Of a stretch of 61,190 bases of DNA, positions 34,279 through 47,764 are shown piece by piece. The stretch is taken from positions 1-61,190 of the forward strand of contig JAPEUD010000106.1 of assembly GCA_026026165.1 (NCBI GenBank), written 5' to 3'. The first letter of the stretch is position 1, and every line of letters begins with the position of its first letter. The translations under genes and the position numbers were made by a program. The DNA comes from Sarea resinae. Lineage: Eukaryota. Below the pieces are notes generated by a model. The model was not told where the DNA came from and ran no database searches. It saw nothing but the letters and a program-made list of their open reading frames with translations.

Positions 34279-35559
34279 ATGGCCGACTTTAACGATTACA
34301 GATGGGCAGGCATATCAGGGTTTACAGAAGGCGGTTTCTACCACCAGCGCGCGATGAAATTTTTCGAAACAGTGAACTGGACAGCTCTGTGCTCGTACGC
34401 TTCAAGTCTTCAGCGAGGCCAAAAATGTTCTCTTGATTCTCGAATTGCTTTGGGGGGCAGGCATATGGTCCGCATCATCTGTTTCGACAACGGAAATCGA
34501 TGGATCGCTCGACTGCGGATGTCAATGCGTGAGCCTGGCTCTGAGCAGGTCACCGACCCGGATGATGCTGGCGAATACAACTCCGCGTGGCTGTTGCAGC
34601 GTGAAGTCGATTGTCTGCGCCTTATCAAGGAGCGTACAGAGGTTCCGGTACCAGCAATCTATGGCTATTCTGCGCAAGCCGGCAATGAGATTGGTGCCTC
34701 GTTCATGTTGATGGAATGTTTCATGGGCAATGTAGGCATGGATCTCAATTTCGATCATATACCACCAGAGTACAACAGATCTTTCCTGGCAGCGACAGCC
34801 AGAATTCAAGTAAGTCAAACCTTTTATTGCATCTTGTCATACTCATTGCTCTACAGACCGAGATCGCTTCGCTGCGCTTCCCAAAGATAGGATCTATTAT
34901 CCGAAAAGACGACCGAACATACGACGTTGGGCCTCTGCCAGGGTTGGGCGGCCCCTTTGACAGGGCTACAATACTCCCAAGCCTGGGCGGCCACTGCCAA
35001 ATTTCCACGTACGGACTCCTGCATCACCGATTGTTGTGGCCCTTTTGCGGCGGAAGTTCTGAGCTCGACCCACGGCTTCACCCGCAAGATTGACGAGCTA
35101 GCTCCGCAGCTGTCTTTGGTCTCAGACCAGGGGCCTTTTCCCCTCTGCCATGTTGATTTCGGACACAACAACATCATCGTTGACCACGAGTACAACATCC
35201 TGGCCGTGATAGATTGGGAGCACGCATTTGCCTCGCCCTGGGAAACGCAATACTTCCCCCTGACACTACACGTGACGCCGCCGCCGATGGATCTGCCCGA
35301 GAATTACGATGAGAACGGGCACCCTAAGGACGACAAGACGAAGCAGAAGCTGGCCGATCGCGAATTCTACGTGAGCGCCGTTCGCCGGTCCGAGGAGGAG
35401 GGACCAGACGCGGCGTCACCGGCGCTCTCCGAGGCTTTGGGCAACGACCAGATTCAGAGTGTGGTGACGGCGATGCGATTGTTTGTCGATGGCAAGTTTG
35501 GAATCTACTCCAAGGTGTTAGATATGTTTGTCAGTTCGCAAGAAAATATGGAGTCTTAG
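34279..35559 (+). pseudogene. APH/protein-kinase-like phosphotransferase with one frameshift (pseudogene or sequence error)
   Basis: N-lobe GGRHMVRII.F..G.RWIARL, EVDCL and VPVPAIYGY...FMLME. Intron 34810-34856. The catalytic motif HVDFGHNNIIVD...VIDWE lies in a different frame from GPLPGLGGPFDRAT, with the shift at ~34968-34972. Confidence 0.75.
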
Positions 35560-37138
35560 TGTCTTTTTCACAACAACGGGGCTTCCACCATTTCTCCAGA
35601 ACCAAGAATAAAACTTGTCAAGGAGCTCTCATTTCAGAAGATTCTCTACAGAGGATCTCATCTCGCTCGGGCGATCATGCGAGATTGAGCTACTATGTAG
35701 GTGGTAGGCAAATAGGCATAAGCCCAGACGAGCCGCGGGCTATATAGTAGATTAGTCTTCTTTTTTGGATGACTCATTTAGGGGCAGGTTTGCCCCTTTA
35801 CTGGATGGCTCACGTAGGAAGTAGGAAACCAGGGTTGCCTTACCTACCTACCTACCTACCTACCTACCTGCCTCCCTACCTACCTTACCTACCTATCATT
35901 GTTCCCCCTCCCCACTTTGCAGGACCCCTCTTGCAAAAACATCCCCCTTAGAAAATCCCGACATTCTTGACACACACAGGCAGGGGAACAGGGGGACTTG
36001 TGAGAAAAGAAAACCCAAATTCTTAAAACCAAAGAAAGGATCTCAATAGTCTGCTCTCTAAAACCACGGCGAAAACAGGACTGTTGATATAGAAAGCACC
36101 AGGATCTTTCAGAATCCCATCAACCACTCTGTTTGATTCTTTTGTCGCCGTGACCACGAAATCTAGAAACTCAAATCAGGGGATCCAAAAAGCACGCAAG
36201 CAAGCAAGCAACCGACCAACCAACGTCGGAGCCCACACCACACACCACACACCACTCTCCTGACAGCAAACAAAACAAAATCATCCTTTGCTTAGCCACG
36301 ACCAAGCAATCAACCAACGAACCAAACAACCGAAAAAAAAGAAATTACTGTCTGTCTATCGGTCAATACGATACGATAGAGAGGAAGAAGAGATGATGAT
36401 GATGATGATGATGATCACAGGATGCAGATGCCACGAGACCGAGAAAAGAATAAGAAGATAAACATACAAAATTCCATGGATCGCAATGGGTGAATCAATC
36501 AATCAACCAATCAATCGATCAATCGATCAATCAACAAATGTGGTAATTCTAATCGGGTACAAAGTACGAATCCAAACAAACAAACAAACAAACAAACAAG
36601 CACGACGGCAGGGGAGCAACGGCTCGAGCACACACACACACACACACACCGGAGGACACGAGCACCGGACACGAACACACACACTGAATCGGAAAAAAGT
36701 ATTCTCGAGCGCACACCGAATTCATTATATTCCAGGTTCTTTCTTCCCGCCCCACCCCGCCCCGGCTCTCTGCCTCTCCGACTCTGACGCGGTCTTGCTC
36801 CATTTTTTTTTTCTCCCCATTCCATTCATTCCCGCCCCCCCCCGCGCTTTCTCCTCTCCCCGAGGATCTTACTGTCGGTCTGGGACACTCCACGCTCTGC
36901 TCCCAACCATCATGGACAACGATCTCCTACCCCTAGGTGCCTCTCTCTGGCTGTCTCTCTCCCTTTGCCCAGCGCGAACATCAACCAAATTGCAAGCCAA
37001 AAGGCAAAGCCACAGCCACAGCCAAAGCCGAGACTAAAGCCAAAGCCAAAGCCGAAGCCAAACAAGCCGAAGCTAATTGTAGAGTGAAAAAAAAGGAAAA
37101 CTAAGATACACGCGGCACGACCACCAAACGGACGGAGC

Positions 37139-38484
37139 TTACAAAAGGGAATCAAGCCTCGTGAAAACATTCAAACAAGCCGCGACGACCTAGACAAGGA
37201 GAGCTAAATGTTAGCGATCTGCTCGAATAGAACTACAAGAGCAAAGGTTGGCGACAGATGAATTCGTCGCAAGGCGTAGGGAGGGAAATAGAGCGTATAA
37301 ATCAAGACTCACCTCCAATTGCAACTCCTTATCCTTAGCCCCGTTCACCTCGTCCGCAATCACCTGGCCCAAATTCGCCCCAATGCCATTCTGGCCCCCA
37401 GCCCTCTTCCCAAAAGGCCACTGCGAATATTCCGCCAGCAATTCATCCACCTGTGCGAAAGCTCGCTCTCTAGATTCATGTCCGAGCGTCGCCAATGCAT
37501 TCTCCAGCACATTCGACGCATAGGCCGCACATACCATCGAGATGGTGCGCAAGTAGCGGAACTCCAGTTCTTCGGGCAGGAAGGGAGAGGGTGGCAGCAC
37601 GACGGTGCGATTGGTGAGAACGTTGCGGACGCGTCGGCGGATTTCGTCTTTGGCGCCACCGTCGGCGACTGGGTGCGTAGCCATGTCGAAGAGGAGGAAG
37701 TTGCGCTTCTCGGTCCGAAGGATGCCCTTGTCGACAAGGCCTTTGGCGAGACGTTCGCGGACTTGCTTCAGTTGGTAGCCGATCTTCATCAGATTCCATG
37801 TCTCTCCTGTAGGCAGGAAGAGAAATTAGTTCCCGAGCAGATAGGAGCGTAAAGGGGCAAGGCTAGAACCAGCCAAAGTGGAGACCGACCGCTCATAAGG
37901 TCTATCCAGGCGCTGACGCTCATTTTCTCGCTCGACTTCATCATCTTGATTGCCTCGTCCAGCAGGACTTCGCCAGTCAAGGTGTCATCTACGACTTCGA
38001 TTATCCGGTCCGGCAGAGGAAACCGTCGTCTTGACGAATCTTTCTGCATGCTCACTCGACCCCTGAACGCAAGCTCGATGACAATGCATCCTCGTAGCGC
38101 GTATGATATGTTGTCGTTCCAGAATGAGAGATAGCCCTTTTAGCAGTTCAATTGTCAGCCAGCCGTCACCTCTAGTACTGCAGCTCTGCAGAAAGGTTCC
38201 ATGATTAGTCCTACCTGCTTGTCCTTCAATCCCAGAAGTAGTACCTCTTCCATCAGCGTCAACTTCGGCTGCTTGTTCCGCTCCGCATTTTCGCTGATGT
38301 CTTGCGGGTCGTATGCAATCTTGTGCCCGTTCTCGCCGCTGCTGTAGGAAGTTTCAGGAGATCGAGCATCTGTGATCCTCGGCGCAGGTGAGCTGACACG
38401 GCTCGAGTCGGCGTCGTCGTTGTCTGCGGTGGCACCGCCTCCACCTCCTCGCCGACGGGTCAATCCTGAGGCGGATGAAGCCAT
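37139..38484 (-). CDS. VPS74: Golgi phosphoprotein 3 / GPP34 PI4P-binding protein, 4 exons
   Basis: Motifs [92 protein letters not shown], and last exon VVAACLNVFTRLDSLL*. Confidence 0.96.
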
Positions 38485-39137
38485 TCAGCATCCGCCTTTG
38501 TTGCGTTATATGGTGGCAGTGGGACTTGTCGTGAACGAGACTGGGATAACAGGGCAGCTTGTCGCTATCGTCAAGAGAGGTCGACAAACAAGCTGCTACG
38601 CGAAATAAATGTCGAGGGCCAACCCCCGCACGGGCGTTTGAACGTCGACTCTGATGACTGAATTAAGGGAATAGGAACCTCATGTCTCTTGACAGGTTTG
38701 GAAGTCGAAATGAGGAAATATTGATCTTCAGATGTTCTTTTAGGAGTAATTCGATGATAGTAGGTGTCCACGCGCCCTCACTAAGGGAAATCAATGTATC
38801 AGGTAAGGTCGAGCTGGAATTCACTGCTACCAAGCTCGCCTAACGAAATTTGAGCCGCACTTGTCTACAAAGGGACCTGACATGCAGTACTCGGGAGTGT
38901 CCAAAGCAATCGTGCACGCAACATCACTATCACATCCAATTTGATGGCCGAGCATGTCCAATTCAGCCTCAGAGTACATTCTCATCAATATTACAAGCAC
39001 GCAGAGGAGCGAAAGAACCACCTCTGTCGAGGAGCTTCGATGTACACGGATGTTACTGCACGCCGCGGCATCCTCCCATTTGAAGTCCTCCCGCCTCTGT
39101 TTCCCCCCAGCCCCTCCGCGATCGTTGGTCTGTCCTT

Positions 39138-39832
39138 TTAGTGCGCTGGAAGAGTCAGATTGCAGAGCTCAAAAACCCTTATGTGGAGAGCTGACTTACC
39201 ATCGGGTTGAGCGAGAATGTACTCGACGGCCTTGTCAACTGTAGTCTTGTATTAGTATAGCCTCTTTCGAGAATTAGTGATATCGGCAGTCCCGTACCGC
39301 TGTGGATTCCATCTGCCTCCTTGTCTGGGATTTCGATGCTGAACTCCTGCAAAAGATCAGCTATCCTGTCGAACTATTCGACATATGCAACATGACCGAC
39401 CTCCTCAATGGCCATCACCACCTCCACGGTGTCTAAGCTATCCAGACCGAGATCATTCGAGAAGTGCGAGGTGGGAGAGAGCTATTGCAAGTCAATTGAG
39501 AGCTCAAGTGCTACGTTTCCTTGTCGGGCGTACTTTTGAAGCATCGTTAACCTAGTCGCATATACGTTAGTAAGTCCTCGGAATGGCAGCAAGTCATCGA
39601 CACAAACCTTGTCAAAGTTCTTCAATAGGTCGACTATTCTGCCTTCCACCTCTTGCTTCGACAGTCCGGCCGGGGCCGAGTAGCATCGCACAGCCTGGAA
39701 GCTGACAGCTGGGGCGACGCGAGTTGAGCGGAGGAAAGCACTAGGGGCGGCCGGCCGCACGGCAACGGCTGGTCGTTGAGCAACGGCCCTGACGGCGCCC
39801 CTGGCAGATCGGAAGATGGCTGCTTTGAACAT
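39138..39832 (-). CDS. ACP1: Mitochondrial acyl carrier protein (complex I subunit NDUFAB1/SDAP), 6 exons
   Basis: Presequence MFKAAIFRSAR..., then EVEGRIVDLLKNFDK, an 18-nt exon VNDASK, the phosphopantetheine motif HFSNDLGLDSLDTVEVVMAIEE, EFSIEIPDKEADGIHS and VDKAVEYILAQPDAH*. Confidence 0.95.
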
Positions 39833-40195
39833 GATGCTCGAATCGAGAGAGGAGGGGGGAGATAAAACGAGAATGGAGGTTGAAGGCGGAGATTGAAACG
39901 GAGGCGTGTGGGAGAGGGAGAAATGCTCGGGGGAAGGATGATGATATGGGATGTACCGGTAGCAATGGAAGCAATTGAAATCTACTCTACGGCACCCTCT
40001 CTCGCTAAGACGCTGGTGATGAAGTCTACGCCCGATGTACTGCAATGTAGCCAATTGCATTCGCCACAAAGCCTCTTATACCCCTGCTCTACATCACCAT
40101 CCTCTGATCCTCCATCAATATCCCATATCCCATCTCCCCTCCACTTGCTTGCTTGCTTGAACCTCAGCTCCGAGACCCAAGCACAGCATCACAAC

Positions 40196-41004
40196 ATGGC
40201 GACCGCGAGGCCTCTCACCATGCTCGCAATGGGGGCTCGTCCAGCCCCGAGGCTCCTCCACTCTTCTCTCCCCATCAGATCAATTGCCCCCGCCGCTTCC
40301 TTCTCGTCAAGCGCGCTGCGAGCCGCAACACCAGCCGGGCCGCCACCAGCCGGCTTTCGATTACCGCGAAAGGAGCGATGGGACGAAGGCAAAGAGAGCT
40401 CATTAGACAAGGCTGGCAAATACTTCCTCCTCACTGAGATGTTCCGGGGGATGTACGTCGTGATGGAGCAGTTTTTCAGGCCTCCGTTAGTTCCCCTCTC
40501 GCGCAACCGTTGGAATATCACCATTAGCCGGCACGCTTACTGTTGATGACTTAGATATACCATCTACTATCCATTCGAGAAGGGCCCAATCTCCCCACGT
40601 TTCCGAGGAGAGCATGCATTGAGAAGATACCCGACGGGAGAAGAACGATGCATCGCCTGCAAGCTGTGCGAAGCCATCTGCCCGGCTTCAGCCATCACCA
40701 TTGAGGCCGAAGAGCGGGAGGACGGAAGCAGGAGGACGACGAGATACGATATCGACATGACCAAGTGCATCTACTGTGGCTTCTGTCAGGAAAGCTGTCC
40801 CGTCGATGCCATTGTCGAATGTAAGTCGTTCATTCAACGAACACTTTTGCACGTCATTAACACTTCAATGCAGCACCAAATGCGGAGTACGCCACCGAAA
40901 CTCGTGAGGAGCTTTTGTATAACAAGGAGAAGTTGTTGGCGAACGGGGACAAGTGGGAGCCTGAGTTGGCGGCAGTGGCGAGGGCCGATGCCCCGTACAG
41001 ATAG
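40196..41004 (+). CDS. NDUFS8: NADH:ubiquinone oxidoreductase 23-kDa Fe-S subunit (TYKY), 3 exons
   Basis: [31 protein letters not shown] and two ferredoxin motifs, [12 protein letters not shown] and [12 protein letters not shown]. Introns ~40486-40554 and 40821-40873. Ends ARADAPYR*. Confidence 0.97.
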
Positions 41005-41222
41005 ACTTTATTCTTGAGCGGAATTGGTAGGAAACACCATTATCAATTACTGGTGCCAATCCAGAATGTCACATACAAAATGTTCCTAGCGCACGCTTTT
41101 CCTAGCGGTCATAAATTTCATATGCGTACAAATGCACCACCTTTTTAAACGCCGGGTCACAGCGTTCGTAATGATGTCGAACGCTATACACTTCTACTCG
41201 CTGCAAGGACATCGAACAGAGC

Positions 41223-42957
41223 TTATTTCTTCTTCGGTCCCGTTTTGGCCTTGAAGCTCCCTTCAAAACCGGGCCGCTTCTTCACCTTCTTTCCAGGCTT
41301 CGACGCTTTCTTGCCCTTGCCCTTCTGACCCTTCTCCTCCTTCCTCTTCCTCAGATTATCCTCTCTTTTCCGCTGTCGAATTTCCTGTCCCTTTTTGACC
41401 CCCTCTATCCTCTCAGTCCACTCCTTCTCGCTCTTTTTCTTGGCCTTCTCCTTTCTCTTCAGCGTCTTCTTCAGTAGAGACGTATCATCCCGGATCTTCT
41501 CTCCGTGAACACGCTTCTTCGCATTCAACCATGCGTCCTTCTCTTCGATGTCAGCTCGTTTACCCTCGTCGAGGCCGTTGATGCGAGCTCTCTTGCTCTC
41601 GGCCGCCTTCAGAGCTGTCAATGGATCTTGGGGTCCTTTCCGTTTGTGGGGATCCAGAATCGTTGAAAGGCTGGGATCCATATGCTGCCCATCACCAAAA
41701 GCCACTCTGCCAAAAGAAAAGTTGTTTTCCGGCTCGGCATAACTAGGCGACCCAGCGCCGGCGGTCAAGGATGGAGAATTAAGTCGCGATAGAGTATCCT
41801 CCCTGGCCCGTTGCTCTTCCTCTCGAGCCTTTCTGCGCAATTCCTTCTTGTGAGCCCTTCGTTCCTCTTCTTTCTTCCTTCGCGCTTCCATAAGGTCTTG
41901 TCGTGTACGAGGCTGGCTGCCGTTCACCCCATCGGCTTTGCGTGCAGCTCGCAAGGCCTCTATCCGGGCCTGCAGTCGGGCTTTAATTTCAGCGGGATCT
42001 GATTTCACTTTCGAGTCTTGCTGGGGAGCTTTGGAACCTTTTCCGGCTTCCGCGGAGGGAACGATAGAAGACGTGGAGGAAGCGGCAGACTGGCCGGTAG
42101 AAACGTCGAAATTTGGCGAGTCCGGGACAGATGAAGGAGATGCCGTGGAAGGAGGCTTCTCTTGGTGTTCTTCTACCAAACCGTTCACATCGAGAGGCGC
42201 TATCTCGTCACCGGAGTGCTCGTCATCGCCCACGTCGGAGTTGACATCCAGCGCATCTCCGTCGTCTTTAGCATTCTCGGCCTTGTCTTCCTTGCGAGAC
42301 TTCTTGTCACGTTTGGCAGCGTCCTTTGCCTTCTTGAGCTCCCGTTTCTCCTTTCTCTTCAGTGCTTTTGCTTGGCCTTTCGTGGGTTGGCCCGTCGCTT
42401 GCTCAGTGTCACTTGCGGCGTCTTTCTCTTCGTCATCTGCACCGTCTCCTTGCTTCGTATCTTCGCCTTTTTGCTTCTTTGCCTTCTTGCTCGAGGCCTT
42501 CAGGCCTTCCTTCGGGCGCTCCTTGTCGACTCCGTCTAGGTCAGACCATTCTTCTTCTTCTTCTTCTTCTTCTTCCCTCTTTCGCTTCCTAGCGTTCTCG
42601 TCCATGATATCTTTGGCGCTCTTTGCGGAGTCGGGGTCTAGTTTGGCCTTCTTGGCTTTTTTGGCTTCTTCCTTAGTTTGCTTCTTCTTTCGCCATTGAT
42701 CCTAATTATAGAACAAATTGTAAGCATCGTGGACTGTGCGGGTACTGTGAAGCATATGATGTCGGGTCTCAATAGTATATCGCAAACTCTTGGTAGCATA
42801 CACTTGTATCTTGGCCGTAGTAGTATTTCGCCGGTATTAACGATAACAGGCCATCGAATGCCTGTGCATGACTCTGCAGCCGTTCCTGAAGAGAGGTGAG
42901 CCCAATTTCACAGTAGTGGGGTTTTTCCATGCGACAAACCTCGAGACTTTCAGACAT
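41223..42957 (-). CDS. RRP14: Nucleolar ribosome-biogenesis protein Rrp14 / SURF6 family, 3 exons
   Basis: N-terminal ERLQSHAQAFDGLLSLIPAKYYYG...DQWRKKKQTKEEAKKAKKAKLDPD. SURF6 C-terminus GEKIRDDTSLLKKTLKRKEKAKKKSEKEWTER...KREDNL...KRPGFEG. Confidence 0.94.
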
Positions 42958-43974
42958 GATGACTTTTTTGATCCTTTCCTCTGCCTTTCTCGATGGATGA
43001 AAGTGACACTTTGTGCGGCCAACGGTGGCGATGGAGGAAGTTGCTCCTGTCAGTGCTAGTCGTAGGACTGTGACAGGTGCTACTGAGCACGAGAGAAAAG
43101 AGAGGCGGCAGCCAAAACGGTAGAAGTAGACGGTGAATATTTGGAGTATTTGGAGGTGTGCCGTGATGTGCAGGCAGACAAGCGTGCCAAGATTTCTTTT
43201 TCGCTTGAGCTGCACGTACCAAGTAGGTAGCTCTGAGGGTATCTTGGAGAAGGGAGACTCCGTGGTGCAGGTGCAGATACCTCATAATCAGCTGCCCTGA
43301 GCACAGGGCCCGGAGTATACAGTACCGGAGTAGGAAGTACCTTGCACCGATAAACAAAAAGAAAGGCGATATCGATCTATCAGGACGGGATCCTGTCATG
43401 GACTCCAGCACACATAGAATTTGCATCCATTCACAAGTAGACAAATGCAAGGAGATGCTCTATTGTTCGTGATTGAAAGCCTTTGAAGAATGCCTTCTCC
43501 CTCATTGACAATATGGAAAGGTGATATTGTTCGGTCGTGTTGCGGTGTGCCTATCATCGCTGGAGCCTGCCGCCCTATCGCCATGCTCCCCGTGGACCTC
43601 TGTATGAATGAACATCATCGTCGGCAAGCCTCCTAAGTGCCATTCATTCACTGCTCAGCCTCAAGCTACGCGCACTACCAATCGACGGCCCAATCTGGCA
43701 TCCTGCTGATCTCTAGGGTTCCATCGTGCATCCGATGCCATATATGGCCATTCGCATTGTGCCACAAACATTGACGCAGCTTGCCGGGGCTATTTGTCCT
43801 CAATAAATCCGATGGAGGTGATGATGCATCTAGCTCACGACGAACGATGACGACTCCACGATCTCTCGATGAGGATGGCCATTTACATGTATATACCTTG
43901 ACGACCTCACGCTCTGCTGGAACATCTTTTCCACTTTCAAGTCCCCGAGCATAGCTTTCGGAGAGGCCGACGCA

Positions 43975-46116
43975 ATGGCTGCAGCTGTACAGGCACGCTC
44001 ATTGTCGTCTCTGATCACACTGGCATCCAATCCTCCTCGATATCCACGCAACCCTACTCAGAAGACACTAGAGCCGGTCGTCCTTTACATCGCGCGGGTC
44101 CCTGGTAGCAGAGGTAAAGTCTGGACAAATACAAGATATGCTGTCACATACTAATCTGGTGCAGATGTTTTTCTCACGACATTGAAACCTCGCGAAAAGG
44201 TCGTCACAGCACAGGACGTCGAGAGCTCGCTTTACTATGTACATGTCGATTCGCCTGATGATGCTGCGATTGTCTCCGAGCTGCAAGAAGAAGAGAGTAT
44301 AAGGGACGAAGAGAGGAAATCTGAAGAGCAGATCAATAATGATGGGGTGGGAGTCCGTCGAAAGCCGCTCCCGCCACTCCCAACACTCCCTACGCAATCG
44401 GCAGGAAATAACTCAGAACGAGAAAGAAATAATCAAGTATCCTACCGGCCGGCAGAAAGTCCCCGAAAAACTGCACCACCTGGGCGGAAGCCAGTACGCG
44501 ACCTAAATTTACCTCTGTGGCAAGCAGAGCTAGGTAGAAATCCGTCAGCTCGACGTCCGCTTGGTCCTCGTGCCCCTCACAACCGCTTTCATTCGGTGGA
44601 TCATGTTCAATCTGGAAAGGAGAACGTGCGCTCGAATGGCCACACCAGAAATGAGACTGCGCCGTCATCATCCTTTGGTACCTCACAAACTATTCTGCCC
44701 GCTCAGACTCAACGAGGAGATCCCCGAGAGCAACATACAGACTCCACAGACAGGTTCCGTTCGTCTCCTTCGAAAGATCTGGATTCGAGCGGTCTCGGAA
44801 AACTCTCCCTAACGCTCATACGACGTGATCCAGGCTCGGGTGCTCAATGGAACGTAGCGAAGATACTGGTGCCTTGGGAGAACGGAAACGCATCTCCTAG
44901 TCCGCGCATGTCATTTGACAGCTCAAAAGGAATGAACATCGACCGCTCGATAGAGATCCTGATAAGCAGTCCCGGCTATACCAAATTCGCCAAGAACGAG
45001 AATGGACGATCCCGCAGCGGAAGCCAGTCTTCTATGAGCGAATCTGATTCGTCGACCATAAAGCCCAGCTCCAATGGCGTCTTCGAAAGGCAACTTTGGT
45101 TCCAGGATCTCGGGTACCTGAAGCGCAACAGCCTGCAACAACGAAGACCGATCTCACTCATATCAAACGAGGCCCAGTCCAACACACCAAGACAGAGCTT
45201 GAACTTTGGGCGACACAGCGAGCAGAACCCGCGGGATCTCTCCCACGAAGGTCCTGACCGTCTGCTTGAAGGCTCTCTCGAATCCGGCGCCAATTCGAAG
45301 TCGCGAGGCTTCGTCTTCCTCAGCCCGTGGGGAGGCCTCTGCGAATTCAGCACGGGACTGAACGGCCGGAGTCTGAAATGCAGACACACACTCCCCTCCG
45401 CAGGCAGCACAACCACGCCAACCTCTGCGTCCGTTCCCGTAAGCGAACTCCGCTTCAACCTCCCTGGGTCCGCGGCCTTTAAAGCGCCAAATAGCATCAC
45501 AAAACCATCATCCCTGAAAACGGCACTGGATTCCAAACGGCGGTCGCTGTTTTCTTCTTCTTCCTCATCGATCCCGAACTTCTCTCATACAAGCACACGA
45601 CACCAACAATTCAGTTCTCCTTCATCCCGAAATTCCGCATTTGTCCCCACGCCACCAACGAATATCGCTCCTCCACATCCTCCTCGCCCCAACTCGCACC
45701 ACCAACAGGCCCAACACCAGGCCCAACACCAGGCCCAACACCAAACCCAGACCGTAAATCCACCCCTACCTCCCCGTCCAACCCTAAACACAACCAACCC
45801 CCCTCTGCCCCCTCGGCCCAACCAAACCCCCTATCCACCCTCCCAGACGCCTTCCCCGCAGCGAAATCACCCCCGTTCAGACGCGGAAGAAGCAGACGAA
45901 GGCTCGGAAGAAGGGTCCGAGAACGAAAACAGCGAAGCGATGGATCTCTCGCTCGCGCACGAGTCCGCGGGCGGCGGCTCGGGCGGCAAACGAGCGAAAT
46001 TGGGCAAACTGATCATTGCGGACGAGGGCCTCAAGATGTTGGATCTGGTCGTCGGCGCTAATGTTGGGGTTTGGTGGCGCAATTATGGGAGTGGTGGTGC
46101 TGGTGGTATGGCTTGA
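43975..46116 (+). CDS. Conserved hypothetical fungal protein, largely Pro/Ser-rich, 2 exons; start codon uncertain
   Basis: Exon 1 (MAAAVQARSL...LASNPPRYP...LYIARVPGSR) and intron 44114-44164 join the 644-aa ORF (DVFLTTLKP...). Structured-looking blocks LTLIRRDP.SGAQWNVA, FLSPWGGLCEF.TG.NGRSLKCRH and AGGGSGGKRAKLGKLII.DEGLKMLDLVV.AN. Confidence 0.85.
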
Positions 46117-47764
46117 GTGGCTGTTGGATTTTGCTGTGAGAGGGATGAGAGATGTAAAGGGATGCGAGGGATGGGAGGGATGGGAGGAGTAGAAAGAAAA
46201 GGGAAGGTCATATGTATGGAGATATCTCTCTTTGTATATGCCACATCACCACACATCACCACATGTCACCGCACGTCACCAAATCAAACCAAACCAAACT
46301 CTCCTGTCCCTGTTCCCCCTTTTTCTAGAGGCATAAAACCATGAGACGAATTCCGTACTTACTATGAGTATTACCACTTCTATTACCACTTCTATTATAA
46401 CCCAATAAGAAACAAAACAAAACAAAGAGATAGAACAAGACAGTAGCATCCTCCCTCTATCCTCCCTCTATACCTCTAATCGTTCTTCCTGGCCAATGCA
46501 AACAGACGAGACAGACAGACAGACAGCCACCCCGAGGTCCACGAGACGAGTGAGAAACAGAGAAAGAGAGTGATAAACAGAGAGAGAGAGATATATATAT
46601 ATATAGACTGTGCCACTTAGCCTAGCGTATCATCAAACCCACCGTGTCATTAAACCCACCGTACCATCAAACCCACCGAAGCAGAGAGTCCGCAAGTCGT
46701 ACTGAGCTCACAAGTCGTATTGTCTGTCCTACTCTGTAGACTCTGTAGACTCTGTTTACGGACCAAGTGGTATCGGTGGTCGGTGGTCGGTGGTCAATAG
46801 TTAGTAGGAGTCAGCAGGAGTCAGCAGGAGTCAGCCCTCACCCGTTCCAATCGACCGACGTGGTTCTATCTATCTATTAACCCCTCTATCTGTCGGTCTA
46901 TCTATCCAGCCATTCCTCGTAGCTCACTCACTCACTCACTCACTCATTCACCTGCTTACTATCCCGCAAGCAAGCAAGCTGCCACCCCTCTCGCACAACC
47001 GTAAAAAAGGTAGCCAAGCAGCAAACAAAGAAGAAACTATAAAAAAAAAGGAATATAGTCACTGCTTCCGATTGTTTCTTTTTCTTTTTCTTCTTTTTTT
47101 TTACCAAGGTTGCGTTTCACTGTGTTATGTTTTGATTTACTCTGATTTGATTTGGTTTGAGTTCTTGGATTAGATGTAGATAGGTAGGTAGGTAGGTAGG
47201 TAGGTATGTTGGTAGTCTAGGGGATCGTAATGGGTACATGTGTGTCTGGGTGTATGTGCGCAGGCCGGGCCAGAGGGGAGGAGGAGGAGGATCAGAGGAT
47301 GATGAGCAGGAGGATGAGAGGATGGGATGGGATGGGATGGAATCTGGTATGATATGCTTGCTGCAAGAGAAGAGGAAAGAAGAGAAGAGAAGAGAAGAGA
47401 GAAGACGGGGTATACATGATGATGACGGCGCACGACTAAAAATCAGCTATGCGTGTGGGTGTGTGTGCGTGTATGTGTCCGGGGGCAAGGGGTTGTTTAT
47501 GTAAAAGCGACGTTTGTCTGGCCGAGAAGGCTTGGAGAAAAGGAGTCAGGGGAAAAGAAAAAAAAAAAAAGAAGAAAATCGAAACATTGTCATGATCAAT
47601 TCCTCACCCAACCAACCATTCAGCCATTCAACCATAGCATAGGAACAGAAAAAGAGAGACAATAGACAGGCAGACCAACAGAAAGGCAAAGCGGTAGCCC
47701 TAAAGCTAGTACGACTGCCAACGCCCCAGCTCGGAGCAAGTAGCAAGTGACATGCGTCTCAGGC

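Noticed and set aside
35769..37130. ORFs in the Vps74 3' region (likewise 46117-47750 and 56394-58300)
   Set aside because: Dominated by (TACC)n, (CAAA)n, (CA)n, (GAT)n and similar simple repeats.
38950..41200. Puf3-type UGUA(H)AUA elements in the 3'UTRs of the complex I genes
   Set aside because: Only imperfect matches (for example TGTACATC) were seen, which is not enough to call.
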